Shown piece after piece: positions 11,901-26,269 of a stretch of DNA of 64,000 nucleotides. Each line of letters opens with the position of its first letter. The stretch's first letter is position 1. The DNA comes from Lama glama (taxonomy: Eukaryota): assembly GCA_028534125.1 (NCBI GenBank), contig CM052816.1, positions 62,498,001 through 62,562,000 of the forward strand. The letters run 5' to 3'. The notes beneath the pieces are model-generated. The model was not told the origin of the DNA. It saw only the letters and a program-made list of their open reading frames with translations, and made no database searches. Made by a program: the position numbers and the translations under genes.

Positions 11901-14499
11901 AAACTCTACTATTAAAACTGCCTTCCTTTGGAGTAAAGCACTTTACTTCAAGTATTGTTTTTTTGTTTTTTTAATTGCAGTCCTGATGGAGCAGAGCAAG
12001 CCAAACAAGCAAAACCAGCATATTCACAGAACCAGGTTCAAGGAAAGCACAAGAGAGGAATCCTCTTGTGTTTGCATACATCCCAAGTACCCAGTCCCAG
12101 CTGCCACTGATCTCCTCTCAAGGGTGGAAGGACCAGTCTTAAGGGACCCTGTGTCTAGACCACGGATAATGGTAGCTGGAACCAGCTGGCTGGCAGTAAC
12201 AGGAAGAGGGAGGGAGGCCCAAGTGCAGACAGACAGAATCGAAGTGTCACATCCTCATCAACTAATGGCTCTTTTACTGGACAGAACAGGTGACTTCCTC
12301 TTCAGCAACCCAGATAACACCAGACAAGGGTACCATGTATTATGTTGCAAATTAATCTCTGGTTCTCTTGCTAGAACTGCTCAGACTCCTATTTCAAGAT
12401 ATCTGGCTTGTATAGAAAATTTACTTTCTCTTAAACTCTGATGTTTATATCATGTCCTGTTGAATCTAATTTTACTCTTTCTTCTGGATTTTTCCTTTCT
12501 GGAATTTCTCTTATTATGCTCTCTTTATAATTTAGGGACTTCAAATGTACCTTATTCTCTACACATTTTATAACCTTAATTTTTATTCTTGCTTATGGTT
12601 CTCTAATGAAGTTGTTAAGTAAGATTACAGTGGCAACACATTAAAATCCTCTTTGTAACTCAATGTATTTCCATTTCAGGATGTTTCCCCAGGGCTTCAG
12701 GCTGTCTTTGGTGTTCAGGATCTTGCTCACATCTGAGCTAATTTGAATTAAGTTGATCATTTAGTTACCATAGCTTTGTGATATGCGACAGCCTAGTTCC
12801 TCTATCCCATGAAGCAAGTGTGCCACTGAAGCCTTGAGGAAGCGTCATCTAAGTGGCTGAAACTGCCCAAGGAGTGTATGGGCCACAAAACTTCCACCTA
12901 AAATGAAACCCCATTAAGTTGACCCACTGGCTTAGTCCAAACCGCTGGATGTCTGGGAGTGACTGTGGCTCTGGCCTTGGAGTTAGCGGCCCTGCCTGTG
13001 ACTTGGTGGGATGTATTTACACTCTCTCTACTCCTTCTGTCATAACACAGGCAACATCCTCCATTTACTGCAAATAAACCTCTGAGGAGTCACACAATGA
13101 TAAAGGAACTTGCTTCTCAGATTCAAGATTAATGGTACATATTACCTGTTAATGGTAAATATAATTCTTGATGTTATCTTTTGTTTAACATTCTCATTCA
13201 GGAAGCTTGTTGACAGAGAAACCTTCTCTATCTCTTCCTTTTGCTCTCTCACCAGGCTGCTTGGTACACGACTCCAGACGGCGCCCTCCCGTGGATGGTA
13301 GTGATACCCATGCTGTTGAACAGCACGTTGCCTTGCTTTAAGTCTCATGAACTGCTTACAATTTTTTCTCTGATTGTTTTTCCTCCCATTGCGAGAGATG
13401 ATATGACTGCCTCAGAAAATGATTCGTAGGCAGAGCATTCTTTTATTTTAGGGGGGGGAAATCACGTGACATAGTTTCTTTTTCCCTGAGTTGGTTGTCC
13501 TGTCCACATTTACTTCCTTCATAATTTTGTCTATATATTATAATTTTATCATATATTCTGTACGACTTATTTCCTGTTGATCAATAAAAATTGACTACTA
13601 GTGTTAATGCTGTAGTTTTCCTGACAGCCAGAAAGAGCTAGACTGGTTTAACAATCCTTTTTGGTCACCTTCCCATGGGCAATGTGCACAAGTCCCCAGA
13701 CCCTACACATTTGACCCTTCTGCTTCATTATTAGGTGGGGGTGGCATCTTCACATGACAGGCAATTTTGACGGTATGTGCAGTGGTAACTCATTGGATGG
13801 GGCCATTTGATGCCTCTTGTGATAAGTTTCTTCTGTAGATCTGTGGATAAGAGCTAAAATGGAGAAAACCCAGACAAATTTAAATAAAGGGGGCGCTATC
13901 CACTGCTGTTCCAATTCCTCTAAGCCCTCTAGCCTGGCACAATGGAGAACTCACTTCCATGGGCTGAGAGAAGAGGCAAAAGGAAGGACTAAACAGATTC
14001 CAATTACTTACAGTAACCAGTTAGCTCCCCATATCTAAGTCAGTGATGAGAAGAAAAGAGAATGGTTAAGCTGAGTTCATTCCCTCTTTCAAAAAATGTG
14101 GTTATGAAATACTAAGGGCATGTAGTTTTTAAGATCTGTGTGGTTCTAGATCAAGCAGCTTTATGTGTTTTTTTTTCATCCTAGGCTATTGGGTAGTATT
14201 AATCAGAAGAAGAAAATTATTTTACTGGAAGAGAGAAAATGGTTAGATCTGGTCAATGGAAATAGAATGTGCTATTCTAGTTGGTGAATTCAGGGGAACA
14301 TGTACATTTTGGCAAGACACAGCGGAAAAGCAGATACATTAAGGAAGAGACCGCATTCTTAACATTTGGGGGGCTAGTGGAAAAGGTTCAAATGGAGGCT
14401 ACCTGCCATTCTACTCTTTTTATGGCTGCTTTATATCACACCTAGTGATGTCTCAAATGCATGTCAGCAGACACCCCAGCTGCCTAGGAGGAACACTCC

Positions 14500-14620
14500 T
14501 GTGTTTCTCCTTCACTCTCACTTACCACCACTCTTCACTTCTGACACCAGGTATGTGGATACTCCACACATCAAGTGTTTCTCCAACATCAGCTGGGTGT
14601 CTTACAGTTTAACTCAATTC
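14500..14620. mobile_element. MER21-like LTR fragment
   Basis: cacttctgacaccag...ccacacatcaag...catcagctgggtgtcttacagtttaactcaattc resembles MER21. Confidence 0.55.
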
Positions 14621-17369
14621 AAGAACTTAATGCTAACTGAAGATGACAGAGTATGAAAAGCCTGAGAGACTCACCTTCTTCACAGGCTGGGAGAGGAGCA
14701 GGGCAATCTGTGCAGGAGTGAACGTATCATAAATAATTGCATGTCTGCTACCTGGCTGAGTTGACTTGTATTTAAAACTCTGAGAGGCGGCTAGGCCATC
14801 TCTGGGAAAACAATGTCAGCACTCAAACCTGAAGTACGTTCTGTGCTCTGGGGAACAGAATATCCTGAAGCATGAAGATCACTGAATCTTACCACTCAGC
14901 TCAGAGAGAGTTGGTACAGGGAACCTGTGCATCTTTCTGCTTATTAGTCTACAAAATATACATCAGCAAATCTCTCTAGCTCCTACCATTTCTTCTCAAA
15001 CTTCAACTCCTGCCCATCACCTCTAGCCTGGTGTGGCATGGGGGAGGTTTGGTGTCATCTCCCACCTGCATTTCTCTGTCTCTGTCGGAAGGAAACTTTG
15101 GAGATGGAGGTAGGGAACCTGTTGTTTGGAAGCACAAGAGGCATGTGTCCCTTCCAATAGAGACAACTTGGTTCCTGCATCTCTGAGATCCATCACTCCC
15201 TTTCGTCTTCCCCTTTCCTTTTTATGGTTCATGTTCACGACACTGGCTGAGTTGTCCCCTCGACATAAACTCTGATGGATTGTGCTGCTTCTAACTTCTA
15301 GGATGAAGCTCCTTTCTGCACCTGCCCAGACTGGTGGCTGGTACTGTAGAATTTTAGAATCCCATCTTGACTTGGCCAGGTAAATCTCACTGATAAGTAT
15401 CATTTGCCACACAATGCAGCCAGCCAGAAGCTAGCCACTCCACATCTGACTCCTGACCATAGCCACTGCGAGATTTTCCTGCTGTACCTCACCTGCCTGA
15501 CTGACTGCCCATGAAAGGAACACTTACTTCCAGTATAAGGACGGAGATTTGTTTTGTTTTGAGCTGCCTTTTCCAGGCTCCAGCTTCATCATCAGTGACC
15601 AAATGACCTATTATGTCCAGAGCCTGAGTCATCCAAGGTGTGACATTTATAGAAAAGTCATACTATTTCCTCCAGTTTTAGGATCTGCCTGGCTCCCCAT
15701 CCCAGTCTCACCTAGTGTACTGAAGCATCAATACTCACCCCTACCTGTGGTCTCTGTCCTTATTTCTAGTTGTGCTCTCCTCCAGGCCTTGGTATTAAGA
15801 TTACTCTGACTGCTATTTTAGCTTCCTGGGCCATCTGCCTCCATTATAACCTTTGTTAGCTACCCCTTTTGTGTAGTGTTCTCGATCTGCTGCATAGTTA
15901 GAGATTTCCTTCTGTTTTTGTGTTTCCTGAACTTCTGGCTTGAGGCCTGACCTTTCTTAATCAATATTCCATTGTGTGGTTTGCAAGCCTGTACCGCCTT
16001 TACAGGCTATTACTTTATATTTATGCTGATTCCTTGAACCCCAGTCTCCGCTTCACTTTCTCCTCTTAAACTGAACACACTTCTCTTCTTATAGTGATTG
16101 ATCTCCTGGCTGTGACCACATCTAGATTCTTGAAACCATTTTTGTTCTATCTATTTAGTTCGCCAGACCTACAGTAATACACACCTCGTACAGATGATAA
16201 TCATACTGATGATCTGTAAGTGAAGAACGAGGGAGGGCTAAAAACTGGATAGGAGAAGCTCGCGTAGTAACCATCTACTAGAAGCAGAACCAGGCCTCAG
16301 AGAACCGGAAGGTGATTAGGCAATATTTGTATCTCACCGTGGTCCCATGGTCCATCATTTCTGCTTTACTCCATGTATCTGCAACATTCTTGTTTTTTTC
16401 TGGACTAGCTTTCTCTGCCTGAGGATTGCTTCCCACCAGAGGAAGTGTCCACTCCCGATCCAATCAGAGATGGCCGAGGAGAGGGCTCCGGTGGTCATAC
16501 ATAGCCACCCACACCCATCACTTCAGCAGAGGCCACAAGTGAGGGTAACTTCCAAAGAAAAGGGCAGAGACTCAGCATGTTCCCCAAGCATGTCTAATAC
16601 AATTAACTGAGAATTTGGGTAAAACCCGGTGAACTCAATGACCATGCATGAATAGGTCAATAATATTTTAAAAAACAAAGTAAGTACTGCAAATTGACAG
16701 AGGTGGTGTAAAATATTCAGAGAGAAGTGATGAACTTAATCAGGTGTGAGACGATGGCAAAGAAATATGTGCTACAGGGAGGCAAGACATTAAAAAAATT
16801 TAAAGACACTGGGAAATGTGGATAAGCTTGATTTGATGACTCAATTAGTACAAAAAATAACCTGCAGGGATATATAACGGTAAGGCATTCTGAGTTTTTC
16901 TGCAAAAATATTGCTAACTACTTAAAAGTATGCCTGGGGTTCTGTACTCTTCTACTAAAATGTCATTAAGAAACTAATTAGAGAATTATAATTATCATCG
17001 ATTAATACTCCTTTATTGAAAGAGCAGAAAAGCATATGGGATTTGATTATGTAAGAAAGATGAATAGAACTAGATATGAGCAAGCAGATCTGGAGAAGGG
17101 CAGTCTGTAACAAGACACTGATTCTCACCACCTCTGATGTCCTCCAAGGACAGGATCACAACTGCATGTGGGGGAGTTAGTCTATTCCATTTCCTGAATC
17201 CTATCTCTGAGAAGCTGGGAGCTGTCAGTGACAGACTGTGGGCAGCCATGGCAGAGGGCAAGTGAGGAAAGGCAGACAGGACGGATGTCTGCTGCCTGCC
17301 AGGCAGACCAGGCAGACCAGGAAGCATCCGGGACTCTAGGTATCCACACAGGAAGCAGTCCGAGCACGG

Positions 17370-17570
17370 GAGTCAGCCTGAGTTTAGAATCCCGGCACTT
17401 ACTAAGGCAGACTTAGGCATACCGCTTTGTCTCTAATTTCATTTCCTCAGCAATAAAATGTGGGATAATAATTCTACTTCACAGGATAGTTGTTCATAAA
17501 ACGTATATAAAATGCCTAGCACTGTCACTGACGGGATGGGATTAAAATAAATGGTAGTTATTATTACTAC
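17370..17570 (+). mobile_element. MIR SINE
   Basis: cctgagtttagaatcccggcacttact...tttcctcagcaataaaatg...ataataattctacttcacagg...aatgcctagcac...aataaatggtagttattatt. Confidence 0.75.
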
Positions 17571-18104
17571 TCATAATGATGAAAAAAACAGGCAGAAAAA
17601 AAAACCAGGGATCTGGGGTGGAACATGGCATACTGTTGTGCATACAAAAGTGATTCGCTGTCTTTCTGGTATATGTTGATAAAGCTTGGTAGGTATATCC
17701 TTCTTCATATTAAATGAGTCAAGGAACTACAATTATTTGGAGCTAGTTTACTGTAACAAAAAGAGAACTAGGTCATTTGAGGAGATGGCAACAATTTTGC
17801 AGTTGGCAAAAAAAATGCTGCAGTTTTCTCCATGTTTCTTAAGTGAGCTTAACGCTCAATTTCTTAGTCATTTTAAAGGGGTCTCAGAGACCCCTTTGAA
17901 CCCTCTCTTCCCCTTTCAGCATGAATGTAATGATCACTGATTTTGCCTCTTCTCCAATCTTTCCAAGAGTCATTTAGAGTCTTCAGAATCAAAGCTGAAG
18001 GGTAAGTTTTAAGTATCTCATAAGCAGGCTCTATTGCAGCCTTCCCTAGTGGCCTCTCCCTCCCTAGCATGTTCCCTTCACCATCAATTCAGTATGTTTA
18101 GTGC

Positions 18105-18520
18105 CGAGACTTTCTTCTTTAACTTATATTTTAACTATTTCCTCAAATTTCTGTACTATGTTTCTCTTGGTATGAGATTCCAGTGTCTGTTAAAGAATCA
18201 AAATGCCTGCACTTTGGGGAGCATTTCTATCTCGATGAAATTATAAATAAAAATCATTGAAATGTAAATTACAGACATCATGACAGTTTCCCTTCCCTTC
18301 CAAAGAACCATGTATCACCTAAGAAGGATATTATCCCACATTACTATAATATCATTATAACACTCAAAGAATTTGACATTGTTAAATCACATTTTCTAAT
18401 ACATAGTCCATATTCAAACTTCTTAATTGTCCCTAAAATATTAATCATAGGGTTTTTTTTGTTTTGGTTATGTTTTTTATATTCTGATGCAATTAAAGAT
18501 CATTCATTGGCTTTGACTGT
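18105..18520 (-). mobile_element. Old L1 (L1MC/ME-type) 3' fragment
   Basis: T-rich strand; ctaatacatagtccatattcaaacttcttaattgtccc and caattaaagatcattcattggc resemble antisense old L1 3'UTR. Confidence 0.5.
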
Positions 18521-21500
18521 CATGGCATGGGTGCTTTTAAAAATTCATAGGGTGATTCTGAAAACCCTTTCTTTTCCTTTCCTGTTGAAAGCCAGGGAGG
18601 TAGACGCCTACTCTACTCACTCACAAGTGTGGTCCTTGGAATTTTATTTTATAAATTCTATAAATATGTAATAAGAAACACCAAGTTTTCTTAAAATTGG
18701 GAATGCTTCTAGAGGGTTGGGTTACTTTGAGAACTTCAAGCCCAAGAATCCTTTGGGGAAAAGATTTTTGAATCAATAGGTCCCTGAGAGGCATTCCAGC
18801 TGGGCTGGGTTAGAAAAGGGTATAGAGGTTTCTGACATCAGAGGGGAGGGTCCTCTCTTGAGAGTTGCTTATTTTGCTAGGAATCAGAACTATGTAGGAT
18901 TGAGCACCTGCTCAAGATTATGCAATTTCCAAATATACGTCTAAGAATAATTAGGATTTTGAGTCAAAGATGATGGCCTGACCAATGAATAGAATCAGAA
19001 CTCTTTAGAATTATCAGCAAACTTGTAATTATAAAATGATACATGCTAATATATGATATAAAATGAATTATTAATAGTTGGCTATAGTACCCCTGTTTCT
19101 ATCTATTTTGAAGTACCTTTTTTAGTCTTTCAAAGAATATTATCATTGTTTCCAATCTTCTCATCACTAAGGGTTATAATGGGAAATTTTTTTCTTCTTG
19201 CCTCTTTTAAAGGCTCTGAAAGACACTCTGGAAAGCCTAATATTGATTCAGGGCTCAATAAATATTCAAAATCATTGCCAATGAGATCAACATTGAACAG
19301 CAGAAAAGTAACATGAAACTATTATTCACAAGTTTTATTAATTAAGAATTAGTTGACTGACAAATTGTTTCTAAAGTGATGCACTTTCAAGAACAGCTCC
19401 GGGAGCTGTCACTTTCTCTACAGCATCCTCTGGTATAATGTGTTAAGATTATGTAGAAAGCAGAAGCATCACCACTTTTTGATTTTTGATCTTGACATAG
19501 CCCTCCCACTAGAATTATCTTTTTTTCTTTTGGCATATAGGTTTTATCTCAATTGCTTTCACCTTCAGAGTAACCTTCCTAAAATGAATAGAAGAATAAG
19601 GCAAGGTGATTGACTTGGTTTGATGCTGACAGTGAGCTTTGAGCTTTTTGATTGTTAGAGTGAGATTTTCTGAAATTGACAGCAGTGACGCTGTTCCTTT
19701 CCTTCCACCTACAGCTTTCAGAGACTATGGAAGAGACAAAAGACAAGGACATGCCATTCCCTTGTGCTTTGAGTTTAGGTAGTTTCAGCTTAACTTGAGA
19801 ACATATCAGAAAATGCAGACGATGTGGCCCAGACTTACAAGGTGAAATTGTGATTTCTTTTTGTGATCCTGTTCACTATCTTCCTCTAATTTTCTACATT
19901 CTCCCTTCCCCTCCCCCTTTCAGTATTGCCAAGAAATTTCAAATAGTATTTCTGGGCAACACACAGTGGGGAGAAGGCATGGGAAAACCACTGGAAAAGC
20001 TTTCCTGGAGTGGGAATGCGACTGATTTTACTTGAAGATTTTGGGACAAAGTTAAATTCAAATAGTGATAGTACTGAAGGTATTATGTACTATTACAACA
20101 AGTAAGTATTTGTTGATACAAATGCAAAATTCACACGATTTTTAAAGATAAGACTTTATAGATTTTTTTTTTGCTTACAGTGGAACTATTCTTTGTCATT
20201 GGGGCTCTATGGTAGTAAAAACTTGCAAAACAAAGTCATATAAGTTCTAGGTCCAAATCTAGATAAATTCCAACTTTGAAACTGCCCAGGAATTTTTTTG
20301 ATTAACATGGCTAAGTGTTAGCCATCTATAATAACACTCATTCCAAATTTTCATGTCACAGTTTGAATTTCCCAGTGAGTAGATTCTGAGATGGAATGGC
20401 TTTGTCTTGCCATGTCTCAATCCTAGTCAGACTTTAGCATTTCAGGTCCCTAAATTCAAGGAACTGAGTGAAGCTACACAGTAAATAAGGCTGCACCTCC
20501 CCAGGCTGGAGATGACACCAGTTCACAGAGGAGGTCTGTGAACGGGAAGAAACGATTGACAACTTCAGTCCAGGTAGTTTTCTGGAATTATCTTAGAGCT
20601 TCCAAAAGTAACTGCTTTGGAGAAGGAAATATTCACTTAGATATAAAAATTCTAACATGCTTGTTAAAATTCAGTTTTACAACTTATATCTCCTTTTATC
20701 TGTCTGGAATGGCAGTGGGGTTGGAGAGGTACCTTTTTATGACGGCAAGGGAGAAATTCCTTTCCAGTTTGAACTCCCAAATAGCTTTGCAGTTGTTCAG
20801 TACCAGTAAGTGCATGCCTCAGTGCTATGATGGTTTTTCTTTTTAGTCTAACTGGAAGGCAGTCAGCTGTGCCTCATTATACACTGCAGGTTTGAAATGT
20901 GCTTTCCGGCATGAATAACCAAACAGCATCTAAAGAGACTCATAAGTCAACATGAACTGTTCAGCCTAATGTTCTAGATTCTAGAATATTACTACAGAGT
21001 AAAATATTTCCTTCTCCTCACTATTACAGAACAATCAAAATGAAAAAGTATAAGATGCACCTGAGTGCACAAATGAGTCATGTTTAGCTTAATGTGAGTC
21101 TCTGCCCTGGCCTGGCCCCATCTCAGCTGTTTGTGTTACATGTTCAGCTAGCTGTGAGCTATGCCATCTATTTTTTGGAATCAGAGACAGGACATCTTTG
21201 CACACCGTGTTTTTCTGCTCCTGGACTGAGACTGCAAGTCCCTATGCTTTCACAACTCCCTGGACAACACTCCCACATATCCCTGAATAACACTGGTACA
21301 GAGTAACACATCCAATTGCTGGCTCTGGCTTGTCAGGTCATCAGTGTATTCTCTCCAGCAGGATGAGGCCTTGTCAGTTTCCTTGTTTTCAGTCTTATAT
21401 ATCCTAGGGATCAGGCTCTGTTTCTATTCTTTCCTTATTTTCAGGCCAATTCCCTTGGACAGCCTACCCCTCAAGTGATGCTCCCACTGTTCTCATTACC

Positions 21501-22219
21501 AAAGAGGGCTCCATGCCCCACTCTTCTCACTTTGGGCTGCTTCATCAGCTTTTCTCTCCTCCTGGATGGAACCTGAATTATCATCATCCTTTTGTGGATT
21601 ATTCCCTATTTGTCAGCCAACATGGAGGCCAGTGTTCTTTCTACTCCTGCTCCTCACCCCACGCGTGTGGGCTGGCCTCACTTGCACTCGTAGGCTGCCA
21701 CTAGGCGCCAGCTCTGGCATTGTATGTTTACTTAACTATTGAAGCTAACACCGCCATTAAATGAAAAGTTAACTTACTCCTTATGATACTCAACACTAGT
21801 TAGAATTTGGAGCACAATCTCTTTGAAACGAGATCACAATGTAAAACAATACTGTGTTTCTCTGTTTCAGGTCTTGATTTACATCATGACCCTTAGTGAA
21901 AAGACCACAATAGCCTCTCATCTCTTATTCTACCTGTACTGGAGAATGAATCTGGCTTGGGAAACTTCTAATCTCAGATGCTTAAGAACCCAGATCCAAA
22001 ATAAAATTAACTGGGTAACTGCTTGCTGAGAATCTTGGAAATGTTGGATTTTAGGTATCATCCTTCTCTTTCCCTCTCCATCGATAAAAAAAGTCAGCAA
22101 CCGAAAAATCAGAACAGTCTTTAAATCCATGAAAGGGGTAGAATGTTTAATAGAAACATGTAAAAATGACATCCTCATAATAATAGGCATAAAAACAGTA
22201 GTTACCGACATTAACACAT

Positions 22220-22475
22220 CCACTAACAAATGTCGTTCCTGTTACTACCACTGGTGGCACTTAGTGAACTGCTGCCCCATAGGTACTTTAAACTCATTTC
22301 CTTATCGAGCCCTGACAGGGAGGGATTATCACCTTCGTTATACATGGAAATGAAGTCGAGGCTCAGAGAGATCAACCCAGTTGTCTAAGATCACATAGAT
22401 AGTAAGTGACTGAGCCAAAATTTGAATGCACATCTAGCTGATTTTAAAAATCCATGTTTTAGCCGCTATACCAAG
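22220..22475 (-). mobile_element. MIR SINE
   Basis: ttatcaccttcgttatacatggaaatgaagtcgaggctcagagag...ttgtctaagatcacatagatagtaagtgactgagcc. Confidence 0.75.
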
Positions 22476-24109
22476 ATGACTCTCATCAGCTATCAACTTG
22501 TTCAAAGACTGCATCTGCCAGGCTTTATATACACAAGTAAAATGAAATGGAACAAATTTTCTGGTAAATTGGAAAGTTGATTTCAACCCAGATCCTGCTT
22601 TCCCTTATTAGTTTTATTTTTCCTGTTCAGCTTGTGCAGATGTTGGCAGTGTCTCTGCATATAACCAGCCAAATTGACCAGCAAGTCCCTTCAGCGGACT
22701 GCAGTGCGTCACTCAGGCCAGCCGTGACTGCTGGAGTGGTTCTCCGTGGCCAAGTAGCGCCGAGAATTATGAGCTGCCATGGCAAATGGAGAGAGCCATT
22801 CCAATCTGACCGAGATCTATTCACCTTTTGCTTTTTAGATCTGCTCTTTGTCCTCGTGTAATTTTTTAGTGTCAAATCCTAAAGATAATGAAATTTTACA
22901 CTTTGCTTATTTTTTTCAAAATGTAATAGCAATTGTTGACTCACTGTATTGACTCACCTAGCCCACCCTCTGAGATGAAGCCAAGTTTAAAAAGCAGCCC
23001 TGGCAGTAGACCTAGATTGCTCTGAGCCTTTCCACGTGGACAGTGACATTCACCTTTTCTTATCCAGGGCTGCCGATTTTTGAGATTTTTTTTTCCAATT
23101 AGCAAGTAGATAAGTAGACCAAATTAAGACAGTGTAGATAGCAAAGATGTTGCTTATTACTTAAAACCAATTTGACCAGAAGAAGAAATAAGAGAATGTC
23201 CCTATCTCTCTCTTTTTGAATCTGCAGTTTCAAATGTTATGTTCTTCCCCTTCATTACACCCATCTTGTTCTATATTGCAAACTCCTCCCCAAGTTCTTC
23301 TCCAGATCTTCCTCCAGGAGGAGCTCATTAGGAATTACTCATTGTTACATTTCATATGTTTCCCTCTTTTTAATCTCCTGCCATAAGATGAAGGTTCAAT
23401 TGTGAGGGTAATTGTGAGAGGAACAACTGTGGAGCTCTTAACTCCCTCGGTATTATTTCTACTATGTTGTTAGGTTTTTTTCACTCTTATGGTTAAAAGA
23501 ATGCAAACCATTCCACTACCCTGCCTTTTTCTATTCTTGTTTGCTTCTTCTTAAGATCTAGTGTGCCTGCACTCAGCCAAGTTTACAAATTTAATTCCTT
23601 TTCTTTCCACTAGTGCACTTTGATTCCTTTCTCATCCTTCTATGTTAGATTCTCCCTTGGATCAATATGTTCCACTCAAGAGAAACTAGTTTCAAAGCTC
23701 AGTTTCTCAGTTCAGAAAAGAAGTTTAATTATCATTGACAAACTTTCCTCTATGCAACATCTGTTATGTAACTAGAGAAGATTCAGCCCATGAATTTAAA
23801 CTGATCAAAATGGATGGCTCATCTATATAATCTCTTCTTGTTTTCAGAAATTACAGAACACCAAAATGCCTCTGGGTGGCTGGGTGGAAAGAATAGTTAA
23901 AATCTCTGCTTAATGATAGGGAGAGTGTTTTAGTTTTGTATGAGCTACCATAATTTAGAAACCAACCAGTGAAAATTAAGGTGTAGCTGGATGAATCAGA
24001 ACTAAATCTGAATTCATTAATAGGTACTGAGGAAGGACACTGTTGATAAGTTAACTTCCAAGAAAAAAAAATTGCATGTAATATGTGATGGATCTCAGAG
24101 ACCTATTTA

Positions 24110-24270
24110 GAAATCACAGAATTAAGGAGCACTATGACCAGAAAACTGCTTAGAGAACATCTATCTCAACTCCTTACTTTGATGATTAGACATCTGAAGT
24201 CTAGAAAGGGGAAATGAGTTTTCCAAGACTGCCTAACTGCTTAGTGTCAGAGCAGAGACGGCTGCTTCCT
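24110..24270 (-). mobile_element. MIR/MIR3 fragment
   Basis: ttagagaacatctatctcaactcc...ctgaagtctagaaaggggaaatgagttttccaagac...tagtgtcagagc. Confidence 0.6.
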
Positions 24271-24582
24271 GGGTAAAATATGCAATTATTACAAAAATTA
24301 CCAAGGGCTGGATCATAAATATGCTTCCATTTGAAGCTACCCTGAGGTTTACTTCATTTCAACTTTATCAGGTCCATTTAAGTACCACTCTCGTGGCATT
24401 CAAGGATTTTGGGGATTTCTAAGCAAACTGAAGTCCCTGGAGCTAAACAGCAAAAAATCCAGACAGTCTAGACTAAGATCCTTTCCGCAGAACTTGACAT
24501 CCTATAAGGCAAAAGTAACGTTCCTTGGTCTTCACGGTTAGACCTAGAATATATAATGTAACATTTTATGGATTCATGAAAT

Positions 24583-25030
24583 ATGTCTTCAGTTGGGTTC
24601 CCCCATAAGCAGATTCCGAGGCAAGGATTTGAGTGAAAATAGTTTCTTTGAGGGATGATCACAGGAAGCACTAGTTGAGGGGCAGGGATGTGAGCCAAGA
24701 AAGGGTATTTTATTACTACAGACAAGTAGGGCTTAATGCCTGATGGGGCCCTCTGAGATGCTATGTAGACTACTCCTCAGAGTTGTTAGGGGGCAAGGAA
24801 ACCAGGGTATTTAGTCACCAACTAACAATTCCCCTATGTCTTTGACTGGGAATTTCTCCTGGGGGTAGACGTTTTGGATCTGCCCTGGCAAATCACTGCA
24901 CTATAATTCCTATGGCTACAGAAAGCTCTCAGTAAAAGAACTATAAATGGTTGCAGTAAGAAACCACTGGCATGCACTGGAAGGATGAGCGTTGAGAGAA
25001 TATGGGTAGGATATGGAAATGTATGCTATA
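24583..25030 (-). mobile_element. LTR16-like ERVL solo LTR
   Basis: Begins tgtcttcagttgggttccc...aagcagattccgaggcaaggatttgagtg, the reverse complement of the LTR16 3' end. Confidence 0.7.
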
Positions 25031-26269
25031 AAGGGGAAATGAACAGTGGTAAGAATGGGGAATGAAGCATTTAAGCTAAAATGGATCAGCCAAATGCATA
25101 TTGAATTTCATGATATTTCACTCAGGATATGAGTCTGTGTTTAATGGGTTTTAGTGTACAGAACTAGTTTATTTTACAGAAAGAGATTTGGTAGATTTTC
25201 TATGGAATTTTTTGAGGGTGTCCTCAAACATTATTAGCAAACGTTTGGTAAGAACCTTGTGCAGAGCTTCTTGCTTTAGAAACATCTCAGAAACATCTCT
25301 TGGTAGTTAGGGTCATGAAAGGTGTGGTTGGGAGCAGAGAGAGAGAGAGCTATCTAGAAAGAATGGTAACTGAAGATTGCTGAGTGTTTTAGTAACACCA
25401 GATTAACAATAAAATTGAACACAAATTAATATTTTGAGAACTACTCTGGCATGGCTAATATCTCAAAACCTTATTTTTCCTATTGAAATGGGGATTGGAA
25501 GAAATCAGGAATTCGGAGAGATAGGTCAAGAAATGGTGGCCACCTAAATCTGAATGTCCCAGCACATTCTGTAAAAGCTGTGCAAGTCAACAGAGGTAAA
25601 CTTTAAACCCACAGAAATCCCATTCTTCAGAATGACTATAAGAGTACAATAAACAGTTCAAGTTACCCATAAGTAGAAAAATAAAAAAACAATTTTCAGT
25701 GGAGTTATTCCTCAACTCCCTACCCCAAGATTTCCAGAGAGCCAACTGTGGAAAAACTCTGCAGAAGAGAAAATAGAGAGAGCCTCAGGCCAACACAACC
25801 AGGAAGATGAGCGCAAAGGGAGAGGGAAAAGGGCGCTTTGAAAATCGTGTAATAAAACAGAAAGAGAAGCAAGAAGAGAAAATTTAGAATTCTGCAACTT
25901 ATATACAAATAAAAAATATTATAGGACACATTTCTCTCCACTTTGAACCTGCACTAAAAAATTATTTGCTTTGCTACATTGACAGAAGAGGGTGATGGAG
26001 AACTAGGACTCTTGTAAATCTCCTAAATTTTCACCACTGGTTACTAAATGCAGAGATGCAAGCAGTCTTCATTTATGTTAAGAAGAAAGTAGAGAATTAA
26101 AATCAAATATTTCACCTGATAACAACTGTTTTGAAAGCCAACCACAAATGGGAATACTGTCATATAACTATATAAACTAAACTAAACATTCTCAAATAAA
26201 TATTTGGCAATATTAAAGCAATCACTTTTCTAAGAATGGAAATGGAAAAGAAGAAAGCAATAAATAAAG

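Noticed and set aside
11986..12441. 151-aa ORF
   Set aside because: No recognisable homology and no supporting promoter or splice signals.
13462..13469. Palindromic E-box TCACGTGA
   Set aside because: A single 8-mer without supporting context is expected by chance in 64 kb.
13885..13899. CTCF-like AGGGGGCGCTA
   Set aside because: The 5' CCAS half of the motif is missing.
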